DNA of 63,535 nucleotides, filler included, from Phoronis australis (taxonomy: Eukaryota; Animalia; Phoronida), in assembly GCA_002633005.1 (NCBI GenBank). It is 6 parts of 6 records of this genome, joined end to end, with 100 filler letters (N's around TTAATTAATTAA, not from the genome) between each part and the next. Parts side by side here need not be neighbours in the genome. Positions count along the whole stretch, not along the records: positions 1 to 17,722 come from NMRA01000040.1; positions 17,823 to 41,041 come from NMRA01000200.1; 4 more parts are not named here. One strand, written 5' to 3'. Positions 14,780-25,257 of the stretch are shown piece by piece; position 1 is the first letter of the stretch, and every line of letters starts with the position of its first letter. Position numbers and translations under genes: made by a program. Under the pieces are notes generated by a model that saw only the letters and a program-made list of their open reading frames with translations, searched no databases and was not told the origin of the DNA.

Positions 14780-15218
14780 TAACGTAGAAAATAAATCTGA
14801 AACTTAAATAAGGCGATCCAGATCCTCTGTAGGATACTATTGTTTCAGGAAATGCAGAATATTAGGTAAATATAACAACCAGAATGGAGCAACTTAAATT
14901 TTCGGATATAATAACACCCTTCATCAACAGAAACAGAAATAAAGTAAAATCAAACACTATATGACAATTGACCTTTAAGATGTGGTTAATAAATGTGATA
15001 CATTGTTGCGAAAAAAATCCAATGATACAATTTAAGAAGATTTTATGTTTAATCCTTAATTGTATCATTGGATTTTTTTCCGCAACAATGTATCACGTTC
15101 ATTACCCATATCTTAAACGTCAATTGTCATATAGTGTTTGATTTTACTTTATTTCTGTTTCTGTTATTTAATATCCGAAAATTTCAGTTGATCCATTCTT
15201 GTTGTTTTATTTACCTGT
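14780..15218. repeat. AT-rich foldback palindrome (arms of about 165 bp), dispersed family
   Basis: 14864-15034 is the imperfect reverse complement of 15056-15216; an inverted second copy lies at 51277-51752. Confidence 0.85.
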
Positions 15219-17683
15219 ATATATTCTAGACATTTGCTAAATACACAGACGTTTTATACTGCCCTTACATAACCTTAATACGTGTATGGGGTCGTGGCTC
15301 ATTGCTAGGTTCAGTGATCAGCTGCTTTTGAGGACTTAGGTTGGTTCATTTCAACATTAGCTTCTGTAAAATTACTTTTCTTGTGAGGAATGTTCACAAG
15401 GAGTGACCCTCCTTAATGTAGAATGTCGTGCATGACACCTGTATCACAAGAACATTTCTTGTACATTACCCTTCCCCCCATTTGTTGTCCGTAGGAATGG
15501 TTGGCTGGGGGATGTATCTATGCCGTTTGACAACGGAGGAGACAGGTAAAACAACGCACATTCAGATTTTTTTCCGACATTTCATTTCTATATTGCTTTT
15601 TGTCGCGGGTGCAGTGCTTAATCTATGTCTTCATTTATCCTATACTTATGTTTGCTCATTTTCTACACTATGGCTGTGAGCTAGCTGATGTGATCCTTTT
15701 TTCTTCATAATCCTTACTAGAAGTGGATGGCAGTTTTGTAATCTCTGCTTTTCGCAATTTTGTATGTTGTCTTATTCTATCCATTTTTAATGTTTCTAGT
15801 GATTTTATTTTTGGTTGTCCTTTCGTGAGTTATTTCAAATTCATAAATCGTGTTTCATATTTGTCCTGATGCCATCTCGAATTGTATCGCCAAGTCAACT
15901 TTTTATTGTGTCTTTAGCTTAACTTCCTGTTGTCCTCACTCCTCAAGCTACTGTCTCCACTACAGGTTATGCAAATTCTCCTCTTCACATGAGTGATTGC
16001 AACATGATGTCATTGGTTCATCAAACATTTGTGGCACATCATTGTGTGCTATGGTAATGAGCTATTGTTTCTGTCTGTCAAGCGAATCTCAAAATGCCAG
16101 AATGATGTTTCAATGCGTTGCTTAGATTTATTGATGAATTATGGTAAAAATGATGAAGAAACTCGTAATATAACTCATGGTGAACTTTCTTGTAATCCTG
16201 TTGGAAAAATATTCTTCACACCTAACCGTCAATGTGAGGATATGTTTTTGTATCTTCTAATCGTTCTGAAATGCTAACTTAAAATTATTCATCTAAATAT
16301 GACAAAATATAGGATATGAATAACTTGGTTTGATCACTTAGAAACGCACCTTTTCAACTTCTAATCACTTGGCCGTGGTATATAATGTCATCACTGTTCT
16401 TCATACGCACATGAAAAAACTTGTACAATGTTTCACACTCAACATACCTGTTTCAATCAATCTATTGATTTTGTAATTGTACAACTCTTGACAATTAAAG
16501 CGTACGACAGACACATAGTGTCACAGAGCAATCTGTACCTCACACTGAATTGCTCTTGGTTATTGAAAGTTGTTTATTTCCTTGTCATTTTGATTGGCTG
16601 TTTTATACATCAAGTTACATATACCCTGCTCCATGGTCTCTTTAAAGACTTCTTCTAAGCACATTGGCATTGGGTTACACAATTTTTATGGTGTAGGTTG
16701 ATGTTGTTCTATCTGAGCTTCTGTTGTACCTCAGTAAAATCTTCACCAATTGAGGACTCGGTCTGATGGTGGACAAGTGAAATTAAAATTTTATTTGATC
16801 ATATTCCATAAACGTCATGTAACTAATAAGAGCTTTCCGGTAGTGATTTTTATTTACATTTCATCATAGCTGAGAGCATTTTTCCATTATTCACCAGCAG
16901 TTTGTCTTTCTATGAAAGTGACTCTTTAAACCCAGTTTTGCCTTGTTAGCCCTGGTATTAAAATGACTCTTAAACCCCTGTTGTTATTATGGTAGCAGAT
17001 ATTAATGATGACTATAACAGACTTAAGCATTGAACAAAACCTCGGGTGGGGGGATGACTGATATTGACAAGGTGCCGGCAGGCATGTACCAAAAATTGCT
17101 GAGAGACTCTCTATTGCGTTTGCCAGGTCTGCTAATTCCTACCCCCTTTTGTGGGGTTTATTTTTCTGTAGGATGATGGCCAGTTTGCCGTTTGAGGGAT
17201 TGAGGCAATGCAGTGGGGCTTTTGCAGTGACTAAATGGAAATTTAAGGGCCTATTGGGCATAGTGCGCAACTGCAAAGCTTGCTGAAGGTGTACGACCTA
17301 CCCGCAATTTATGGTACACGCCTGCGGGCACCTTGTCAGTATGAGTGACTTCACGGGAATGAAACTTAGTGCTCTCTGGAACCATCGTCGATCTAACAAA
17401 TGCTTAGAACATGTTTGAAAACTGCTTTCAAAGTCTGCTGTGGGAATTGCACATTACGAAGGGTTAAGCCTCAACTCACAAGATATGGTTTGTAACAAAG
17501 GTATTCAGAAAGTTTACTTGAATCACAGAACTGTTACTGAAGTGTAAAGTTACCTTTAGTGTATTAAAATAGGCAGTTAAGTGCAACAAAGGCCGTCACA
17601 ACCAACTTGGGGTAAAACCACCAAAACTGTGGTATCATTTCAAAAGGTCCGTGACTTCACTTACAGTCGAAATGTCTTGACTA

Positions 17684-17722
17684 CCGTAATCGTTCGGGTT
17701 AACGCCCTGGGCGGTTAAATTG
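17684..17722. mobile_element. Left TIR of the Tc2/pogo-like family, cut by the spacer
   Basis: Identical to 28042-28080 and preceded by TA. Confidence 0.8.
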
Positions 17723-17822
17723 NNNNNNNNNNNNNNNNNNNNNNNNNNNNNNNNNNNNNNNNNNNNTTAATTAATTAANNNNNNNNNNNNNNNNNNNNNN
17801 NNNNNNNNNNNNNNNNNNNNNN
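17723..17822. other. Artificial contig spacer N44-TTAATTAATTAA-N44
   Basis: Fixed 100-bp layout with stops in all six frames; occurs five times. Confidence 0.97.
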
Positions 17823-18347
17823 AAGCATTCACTGTCAGTTGTCATTTTATCGGATATTCGGCTTAAAAACACCAATTATGGTTAATCAAACAATCTATCT
17901 CAAAAATAACGCAAACATGTTTTATAGTATTAGAAACTGTCGGAAATTAGTGCCAATATTCATTTCTTACCGATGCTATGCTACCTGTATCATGAATGGA
18001 TAGTTCCCCAGTAATGTCTTTGATGATAGGTTCATATATGTAGCGCGCGCTTCCCGGCCACGTGCGTTTAACACCGAGTTATTTTTATTCGTGAGACAGT
18101 CGATGTGTCTGTACTGAAAGGTCAGACCATAGTAGGACACGGTCGTCGCCAGAGTAGCAACGCTGTTGCGTTCATTTTGAAGCACTGCGTTACTTTGAAG
18201 TGTATGTTCACGGCTAAATACAAACGTAGCAGTGCCGCTGGTGGTCTAGAAGACCCGTGCAAAAATTTTTTGATAAATTGAAGACATTACTGTAGCCGAG
18301 TTTTAGGACTGTAGGTACGTCATTGTTCGCACGTACACGTTCATGGA

Positions 18348-18428
18348 CTGGGCGCTTATTTCAGCGAAGTCTGAAAATGCATGGGGGGGCGCTTATAGGG
18401 GCATGGGCGGTTATTACGGCGAATACGG
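18348..18428. mobile_element. Right end of a related CCGTA-terminated element
   Basis: GGGCGCTTA subterminal repeats and a TACGG-TA terminus. Confidence 0.6.
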
Positions 18429-19209
18429 TACAGCTAAATTAACATTATAGCAAGATCAAGTAAATTTAATTTTACAGACATGCACAACATTGTTATAATG
18501 AATGATACAAAGTTTTAATTTACTTTTTTGACATTTGTTTCACAACATGGTTACAAACTTTTTAAACTGACTTTATGACCCTCAGTTCAACGAGCTTAAG
18601 TAATCCTTACTAGCAAAATTTATGAGCTAAAAGTACCTAACCTTATTCAAGCGTGGTCAATATTATTTAAGCTTGGCCAATATTAACCAATATTGCTCAA
18701 AGTTGGTCAATATTATTTAAGCACAACCAATAACTATGCTAGCAACCTGGCAGCTGTCTTTCTATTAGTGCACTGAACAAGCTACATTATCCTTCATGAG
18801 TATGCCATGGGATACATCTATTTTGATCACTACTTGGTAAGGAAACACTTTTTGCTTGTAATGCCCTAAAGATATTCAGCTTGAATTATGTTACTCACAA
18901 GCATTTTTTCTCAGGCTTCCACAGCAATGGTTACTGGGAGCTAAGGTTTCCAAGATTGAAATTCTATGTTGAGAAAGGTGACAGGTCCATCAAGTTTATT
19001 CAAAATTGTTTGTCAAGCCTGATTTACGTTACTCATCAGTAGTCTTTCAAGCTAAATGATCAATGCTTAGCAAGGGAGTAAGAAAATTCAAGCTCGGAGA
19101 AAAATATCAAATGTGGTGATGTACCATTAATGGTAAAATTTAGAAAAGTTAATACACCACAATATCACTGCAATAACAGTATGCGATCCGTTAACACGTC
19201 GTAGCCCAC

Positions 19210-19304
19210 CTTATCAACAGACAGTATCCTGCCTACTCTCAGATCAAGTCTGCCAGGTGACACTTCATCGCTAGTGGGTGCAGTGCCAGCATGTTTTGTC
19301 GCCT
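19210..19304 (-). CDS. YARS1: TyrRS exon 10: linker and start of EMAP II-like domain (KATKHAGTAPTSDEVSPGRLDLRVGRILSVDK)
   Basis: CAG acceptor, GT donor, 95 bp, phase 1-0. PxRLDLRVG is the start of the EMAP II/Trbp OB-fold. Later exons were not found in the window. Confidence 0.92.
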
Positions 19305-19518
19305 CTGTAATGACAAATTACACATAGCCATGCATAAAAAGAAACATGAGATGAGTGTTTCATCAGCTGGTACATAAAGTAGCTACAAGTAAAATGTGAT
19401 ATTACATTAACTCTGATCATCACCTCCATATCAAAATGCTCTAAAATGTTTATCAGTTTCATGCTGGACACTGCAGTACAAGGAACCAGTAAAACAATTT
19501 CTTCTGTGTGTTTCTTAC

Positions 19519-19645
19519 TTTCAGTTGGGTAAGCTTCGTTAGTTAATTTCTTCAGCTCAGCTGACTCAAATTCTGCCCTGATGGGACTCATCAAAGCATT
19601 TAATGCAGCTTCGACAGCCGGCTTCAAGTCACCAGGGTGAACCTC
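19519..19645 (-). CDS. YARS1: TyrRS exon 9 (EVHPGDLKPAVEAALNALMSPIRAEFESAELKKLTNEAYPTE)
   Basis: AG/GT bounded, 127 bp, HPGDLK and AYP motifs. Confidence 0.96.
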
Positions 19646-20241
19646 CTGAAGGCAGAAACAAGTCATTGTGTCACATTGGCTTACACCTGTAGCCTCAGTA
19701 ATTAACGTGATGTGTATCACTTTTTGTTAAATGGTTTAAATAATTTATATTTAACAACTGGGAGTTCAAAATTCACCAAGTGGTGCTGGTGACATCATTC
19801 CTAACTATATATTAAATACATGATTGAATAGAGTAGTAAAGTTTCGTTACTTTTACTGATTCAAATACATTACAACAAATACATAAAAAATGTCAACACG
19901 CCAAATATGACCTGAAAAAAATCCCCAGGTCGCCAAAAGTGAATTGAGGTTGCCAAACCTCATTGGCAAGAGCCGACAATGAAATAAATGAGATATATAA
20001 AGTGAAAAGCCAGTAAAGCTGGTGCACCCAACATTGCCTAGACAGTTTTTTTTTTGCTCAAATGTTAAGTCAGTATTGTCTCGCGTGCTGTATGATGACC
20101 AATTTCTCCTTCTTGGGCCCAATATCCCAAAAACAGGCCCACTTTGTGAGGCAGACAAACACGATCAAGCCCCCAAATTGGCCAACTGTTCAATAGATGA
20201 ATGATCGCACACGAAGCATGCATTCTTAAGCACACATTTAC

Positions 20242-20306
20242 CTCTTTACCAAATGCACTTTCCAATTCGTCATAATTCTTGAAGACTCTGTCCAAAACCT
20301 GGAACT
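20242..20306 (-). CDS. YARS1: TyrRS exon 8 (EFQVLDRVFKNYDELESAFGKE)
   Basis: AAG acceptor, GTAAAT donor, 65 bp; phases 1-0 fit both neighbours; YxxLExxF motif of the anticodon-binding domain. Confidence 0.88.
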
Positions 20307-20638
20307 CTTCAACACAAAAACACACACAGTTACAATGAAGTTACTAACAAACGTCACACAACAGCACACCTAAAATGCAAATTTTTAGGAAATCAAATTT
20401 AGGAGTCCCATCATGTGAACTTCAATAACAATTCAATAAATTTTGAGCATGGTAAATTCTAATTATTAGATTCTAGAGCATAGGAATTCAACCCCTGCTT
20501 CAACAAGATGTCACTGCAATTTTAGCAGTCTTCTGGAAGGTAGTTTCATGACTTCCCAACATAATTAGTCATGTCATCCATCACCTTCAAAATGTAAATG
20601 TAACAAGAGTGAAACCGGGACACTTTTGGTGTACATTT

Positions 20639-20891
20639 CATGCACACACCCAGCCTAAAAATAGGGGGGGTTCAAATTTTTGAGAATGTGGACATTTTAC
20701 TCAAAAAAAAACGGTACAGTCAGAGCTATATATTGAGAATTCACCAAATTCCTGTGTTTTTAGTGAACTTTTGTCTCGTTTTCTACTTTTTTTCGGACTT
20801 TTTATTTCTCTGAGGCAGACCTTGTTGCCCACTTCGCCAAATGGGGGGGGCTCGTTCGAGCCCCCCCGAGCTTCCCCTGGGTGCGCGCATG
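20639..20891. mobile_element. MITE of the same family as 2075-2390, in YARS intron 7
   Basis: Same TIRs and reverse-complement internal sequence. Confidence 0.7.
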
Positions 20892-20940
20892 CACTGTTTC
20901 ATCTCAAACCATTGGTTATGACCTTGTCACACTTTCTTAC

Positions 20941-21123
20941 CTCCATTTGGCGAGAGTGGCATCAAGACATACTTGACAAAGGACAGGACACCATTATCAG
21001 TGATGTTGCCTGGTTCACAGAAGGCTTTCTTGATCTTCTTCTTCACCTGAGCAGCACTGTCCAGTAAGTCAATTTTGGAGTCAGCCTCCGATGAGCTCAT
21101 CTTACCACCAGTTAGGCCAGGAA
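20941..21123 (-). CDS. YARS1: TyrRS exon 7 ([22 protein letters not shown]...[30 protein letters not shown])
   Basis: AG/GT bounded, 183 bp, class I KMSSS motif. Confidence 0.97.
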
Positions 21124-21685
21124 CTACAACAACATGGAAACAATGTGACAATGATTGAGGGAGTCTGGATACCTTGAATGCAATACCCGTAAGGCTACAC
21201 ATTTTGAAAATACCAGCAGCGTTTTCATCATTAACTGGAAAACCTGAATATGTGAAGTATATAATGAAGTTTTGCACCTTCAGCTGGTTGATATGACTAA
21301 AGACTGTATCGATATTTGTTGAGACAGAGAACTAGAGTTTGGCTGTACTTCATACTTGAAATACATGTAGCAATATACATTATTTTGATGAGATCAACTA
21401 TAGAACTAGGTTATATGAGGATACGACACATTGAAAACTATCAATTGTGTAACAACAAGACACATTCATTTAAAACACCGAAGCAAAGGTTTGCTTTTGC
21501 TCATTCACTTGGCAACAATTTATGTCCAGCAAGTTTTGCCCAGTTGTACCACAGAGTTCTAATATAAACATTAATTTTAAAAAAATAAATTTACGTTGCC
21601 CTCTTCTCAGAAATTAAATTTCCTGTGTAAGCAGGTGTGTTTCATTCGTGATACTGTTAAGATTCCGATAAGGCGACCAACTCAC

Positions 21686-21737
21686 CCATTGGGTTCATAA
21701 GATGTATCCTCTTTTTGTAGCCAAGTCTGGGCATTGT
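21686..21737 (-). CDS. YARS1: TyrRS exon 6 ([17 protein letters not shown])
   Basis: CAG acceptor, GTGAG donor, 52 bp; the phase-1 junction joins exon 7 to give NPMVPGL. Confidence 0.95.
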
Positions 21738-21874
21738 CTGTACAAAAGAGAATTAAATGAAGATGGATTACAAGACATGACAGAACTCTTCAAAGAATAA
21801 GAATAAATATACGATAAATTATCAATGATAATGGTTATCATTAAACAATATGAAAGACTGACACAGTAACAAAC

Positions 21875-21955
21875 CTTTTCTGCGAATGTGAATATCTTTC
21901 TCTGGTCAACGCCACCAAACTGTGCATCTACTTTAAGGTACTCCTCATCAAGAGC
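21875..21955 (-). CDS. YARS1: TyrRS exon 5 ([27 protein letters not shown])
   Basis: AG/GT bounded, 81 bp, GGxDQRK motif. Confidence 0.97.
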
Positions 21956-22251
21956 CTTGAAATGTCATAACATAATGTTATTAAGTAAAATAAATGACAA
22001 CAATGACACCAAACTGTTGCAGGTAAGGAATAGTCTAGAAGTTTCTATAACAAACTCATTCATATCCGCAGTTCACAGGTCATCTTATCTAAGCAACCAT
22101 GCACTATTTTCATCTTAACCCTGTGTAAATATATTAATTTTTTCATTCCTGTCTTATCAAACAGTCTGACTAACTTTAAAGTATGAACACAGAATAGTTG
22201 GTTCACCTGTATTAAGAACGATGTCTATTCCTTTAATTTCACAAAAAAATA

Positions 22252-23500
22252 AACAAGAGCAATGCGTAGTGTTGAAAAGCGCCCACGAATGCACTGCAAA
22301 CGGAGTGATTCTAGGGTTGTTTATTTGTTTCATAAAAATAGCCAGAAGATGGCTAAAAAAACGTCCAATCCATCTGAAAATAGGAGCATGCCATCGCTTC
22401 TTTAATAGAAAGATATAATTTCATAAAAATCTGTCAAAGAACTTCAGAGAAAAAAAGAAAACAGAAATAATGAAAATGCCACTATGGGGCACAGCATTTA
22501 TTGGATACACCTGAAAGATGTCATCATCTGTTGTTAGCTTCATATAAATACAATTGCTCAATTTAATACAGATCCTGCAGTGAAGACGCCACAGTAGTTG
22601 AATTCATTATCGTCAACTGTCCTCTTCACACTGAGAACATATACACAAATTTTCAAAATCATCCTTAGAATGGTTTGGTTGATCAAGGGGTGGACGCCAA
22701 AAAATAAGACTTGAAAACAGGAAAAATGGCCACTAGGTGGCGCAAAGTACCTCGATTCCATCTGAAAGCGGGGGGATAGCATCACCTCACCAATAAATGC
22801 CTTATTCTAAACTTTCTGATAATCTGTTGAGGACCTTTTAAGATGAGGTAAGCCTAAAAAATGAAAATTGCCACAAGGGGGCAAACTGGTAGTCAGATCC
22901 GTCCGAATGTTTGTCATCTGTTGTCAGCATCATATAAATACACTTGCTAAATTAAGCGAAGATGTTGTAAATGGTTTAGGAGATACAGCCATGGGCGCAA
23001 AAAAAGCAAAACTGCCTCTAAGAGACGCCACAGTAGTCAAAATCGTTGTAAGAACATGCATGCCAATTTTCACAATCATCCTTAAAGCTGTTTGGTTGAT
23101 AGAAGGGTGGACACCAAAAAACAGACTTGAAAACAGCAAAAGAGGCCACTATGTGGCACAAACTATGTCGAATCCATCTGAAAACGGGAGGATAGCGTCA
23201 TCTCACTAATAGATGCCTATATGCCACATTTTATGAAAATACGTTGAGGACCTTTGAAGATATAGGGACGAGCGTAAAAACTATAACTGCCACTACGGGG
23301 CACACTGGTAGTCGGATCCGTCCGAAAGTTAGCTCATGTCGTGACATCTATGATAGGAACATATCTGCGAAATTTCATGAACGTACGTCAAAGGGTTTTG
23401 GAGATGCCTGACGCCGGATGGACGGACGCTGGACGGACGGACGGACTGACGGATATGGCGGCATAATGCGTCCACATATAAATATGTGGGCGCATAAAAA
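22252..23500 (-). mobile_element. Apparently complete non-autonomous Helentron-associated (HINE/DINE-1-like) element in YARS intron 4
   Basis: On the minus strand: 5' TTTTTATGCGCCCACATA hairpin, (GTCC)n microsatellite, internal tandem core repeats, subterminal GTGGGCGC and a 3' CTTGTTT end. Homologous to 40442-41041 and 29510-29667. Confidence 0.8.
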
Positions 23501-23640
23501 TGGTCTGTAGAGTAAGAACTGACTAACAGTGAACACTAGAGGGTGTGAATTGAATATCAAAAGTTTCATAACTACTCTGAACTACACTTCACTCATACAA
23601 ACCACCCTTGTTGTGCATCTGCCTACACATTAGTGTATAC

Positions 23641-23770
23641 CTGCAGGCCAGGGTAAAGGAGACCACTCAGTAAGGCATGCTCCACCTGTTTAACCACTTC
23701 AGCACCAGCCTTTTTAGCATCATGTTCTGTGCACAGTGAGGACAGACGGTAAACATCTAGTGTATACTCC
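23641..23770 (-). CDS. YARS1: TyrRS exon 4 ([43 protein letters not shown])
   Basis: AG/GT bounded, 130 bp; motif visible in ORF 23623..23985. Confidence 0.97.
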
Positions 23771-23990
23771 CTGCAGAACAAATCATGATTCATGTGAAGA
23801 AGGTAGTGACATCTAGCGTACACTGCCAGCAGAATAAACAAATAAACATTATGAAGTAGGCAATGACATCTAGTGTACACTGCCTGCAGAATAAAGCATA
23901 TGATTAATGAAAAGTTGGTAATGACATCTTGTGTAATGCTGCCTGCAGAACAAAACATCTGATTCATATGAAGTAGGTAGTACATGCATC
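23752..23990. repeat. Degenerate tandem repeat (about 57-60 bp, four copies) spanning the YARS intron 3/exon 4 junction
   Basis: Unit ACATCTAGTGTAYACT(G/C)CCTGCAGAA..ATGAAG..GGTA.TG. Confidence 0.85.
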
Positions 23991-24250
23991 GAGCGTAAAT
24001 TTTTCAATGCTCTTTATAAAAATCTTTCAATTCACCTTATAACACATAACTACATCTGCAGTGATACTGCTTTGTTATTGGTTAATGTTTATTCCATTTA
24101 GTATCATTCAAGAACTAGCACAAGCTTCTTTGTCCGGCACCATTAATTCCTTTGCCAATGCTATATCCTGAAGAAAGCAACATGTCTTGAACATTAACAG
24201 ACACAAATCACAATTCACTATCACTGCAAAACGAGCACACCTGAACTCAC

Positions 24251-24426
24251 CTAGACAACTGGTAAGAGGTGCCTTTAACAAACTTGAGTTTCTCTAGCGG
24301 TACACCAATAGCTTTCAACATGGCTTTGATGATTGACTCGTAATATTGTACACGTAACTCCAACAATTCCCAAGGTGCTTTCATGTTGTCCAGATAAGCA
24401 TGCAGGTCAGCAAACAATATCGTCAC
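24251..24426 (-). CDS. YARS1: TyrRS exon 3 ([37 protein letters not shown]...KGTSYQLS)
   Basis: AG/GT bounded, 176 bp, in frame with neighbours, contains ADLHAYLDN and the ELR motif. Confidence 0.97.
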
Positions 24427-24764
24427 CTGAAGTTGAACAAAACATTAACTTGTAGATGGGCTATGAACAAGGAAGGGAGAACACAACACATGAATTTGTA
24501 CAAAGGCAAAGAAAAGTAGAATGAAAATTATAGCACATGCATAGTGTCTTTGACATGCTCTCATCTAATGTCATAAGGAGTCTTGGCTTTCATGGAAATG
24601 TTGAGAGAAAGGAAGATCACAGTATACACCCAGGGGCAAGAAAACTTCAGTGCTGACAAAATACTCAACACATGCTTTGTTATAAAAGGTTCACAAATAT
24701 CGATCTGGTAAAATTAAAACATGATGTGTCAAATTATTGTTCTGTTATAAAAGTTAAATCTTAC

Positions 24765-24911
24765 CTCACAACCAGCCTTTAAAAAGTCAGCAATTTTTGA
24801 CATGGGCACAAAGTAAGCGACATGGGGCTTGCCCGTAGTCGCAGTACCCCAATAAACCTTCAGGTCTCTTTCTTCTAAAATCTTCTTCAATTCATCTTCA
24901 CCAAGAACTTC
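24765..24911 (-). CDS. YARS1: TyrRS exon 2 ([49 protein letters not shown])
   Basis: AG/GT bounded, 147 bp, phase 0-0, contains the HIGH-like HVAY motif. Confidence 0.97.
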
Positions 24912-25185
24912 CTGGAAAAGATATTATACGTGTAAATCTTTTCACTCCTATAAACATTGCAATCTTTCATATTCCACTAATTAATGATACAATCTAACTC
25001 ATGTGATAAACTATAGTCACCAAAATAAAGTAAAAATTTGGTAGTTGATAACATGCTGATACATCATGACTATATTTCACTCGAGATGAAGCATTAATTC
25101 TGAACAATTCACATTACACATGATATTTGATATCTAATAAAAATGATCAAAATTGGTGGAGGATTTGGAAAGTGGAAACACTTAC

Positions 25186-25257
25186 TTGAAGATTTCTTGT
25201 TATGAGCTGTAACTTTTCCTCAACAGTTAAATTTATGTTTTCTTTATTTTCTGACAT
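25186..25257 (-). CDS. YARS1: Tyrosyl-tRNA synthetase, cytoplasmic, coding exon 1 (MSENKENINLTVEEKLQLITRNLQ)
   Basis: ATG at 25257, GTAAGT donor after 25186. The EEKLxLITRNLQ N-terminus is typical of eukaryotic TyrRS. A TTTCAG acceptor just upstream implies a further 5'UTR exon. Confidence 0.93.

Noticed and set aside
17767-17778. TTAATTAATTAA as a biological motif (for example a piggyBac TTAA site)
   Set aside because: Always centred in a fixed 100-bp N block; it is an assembly linker
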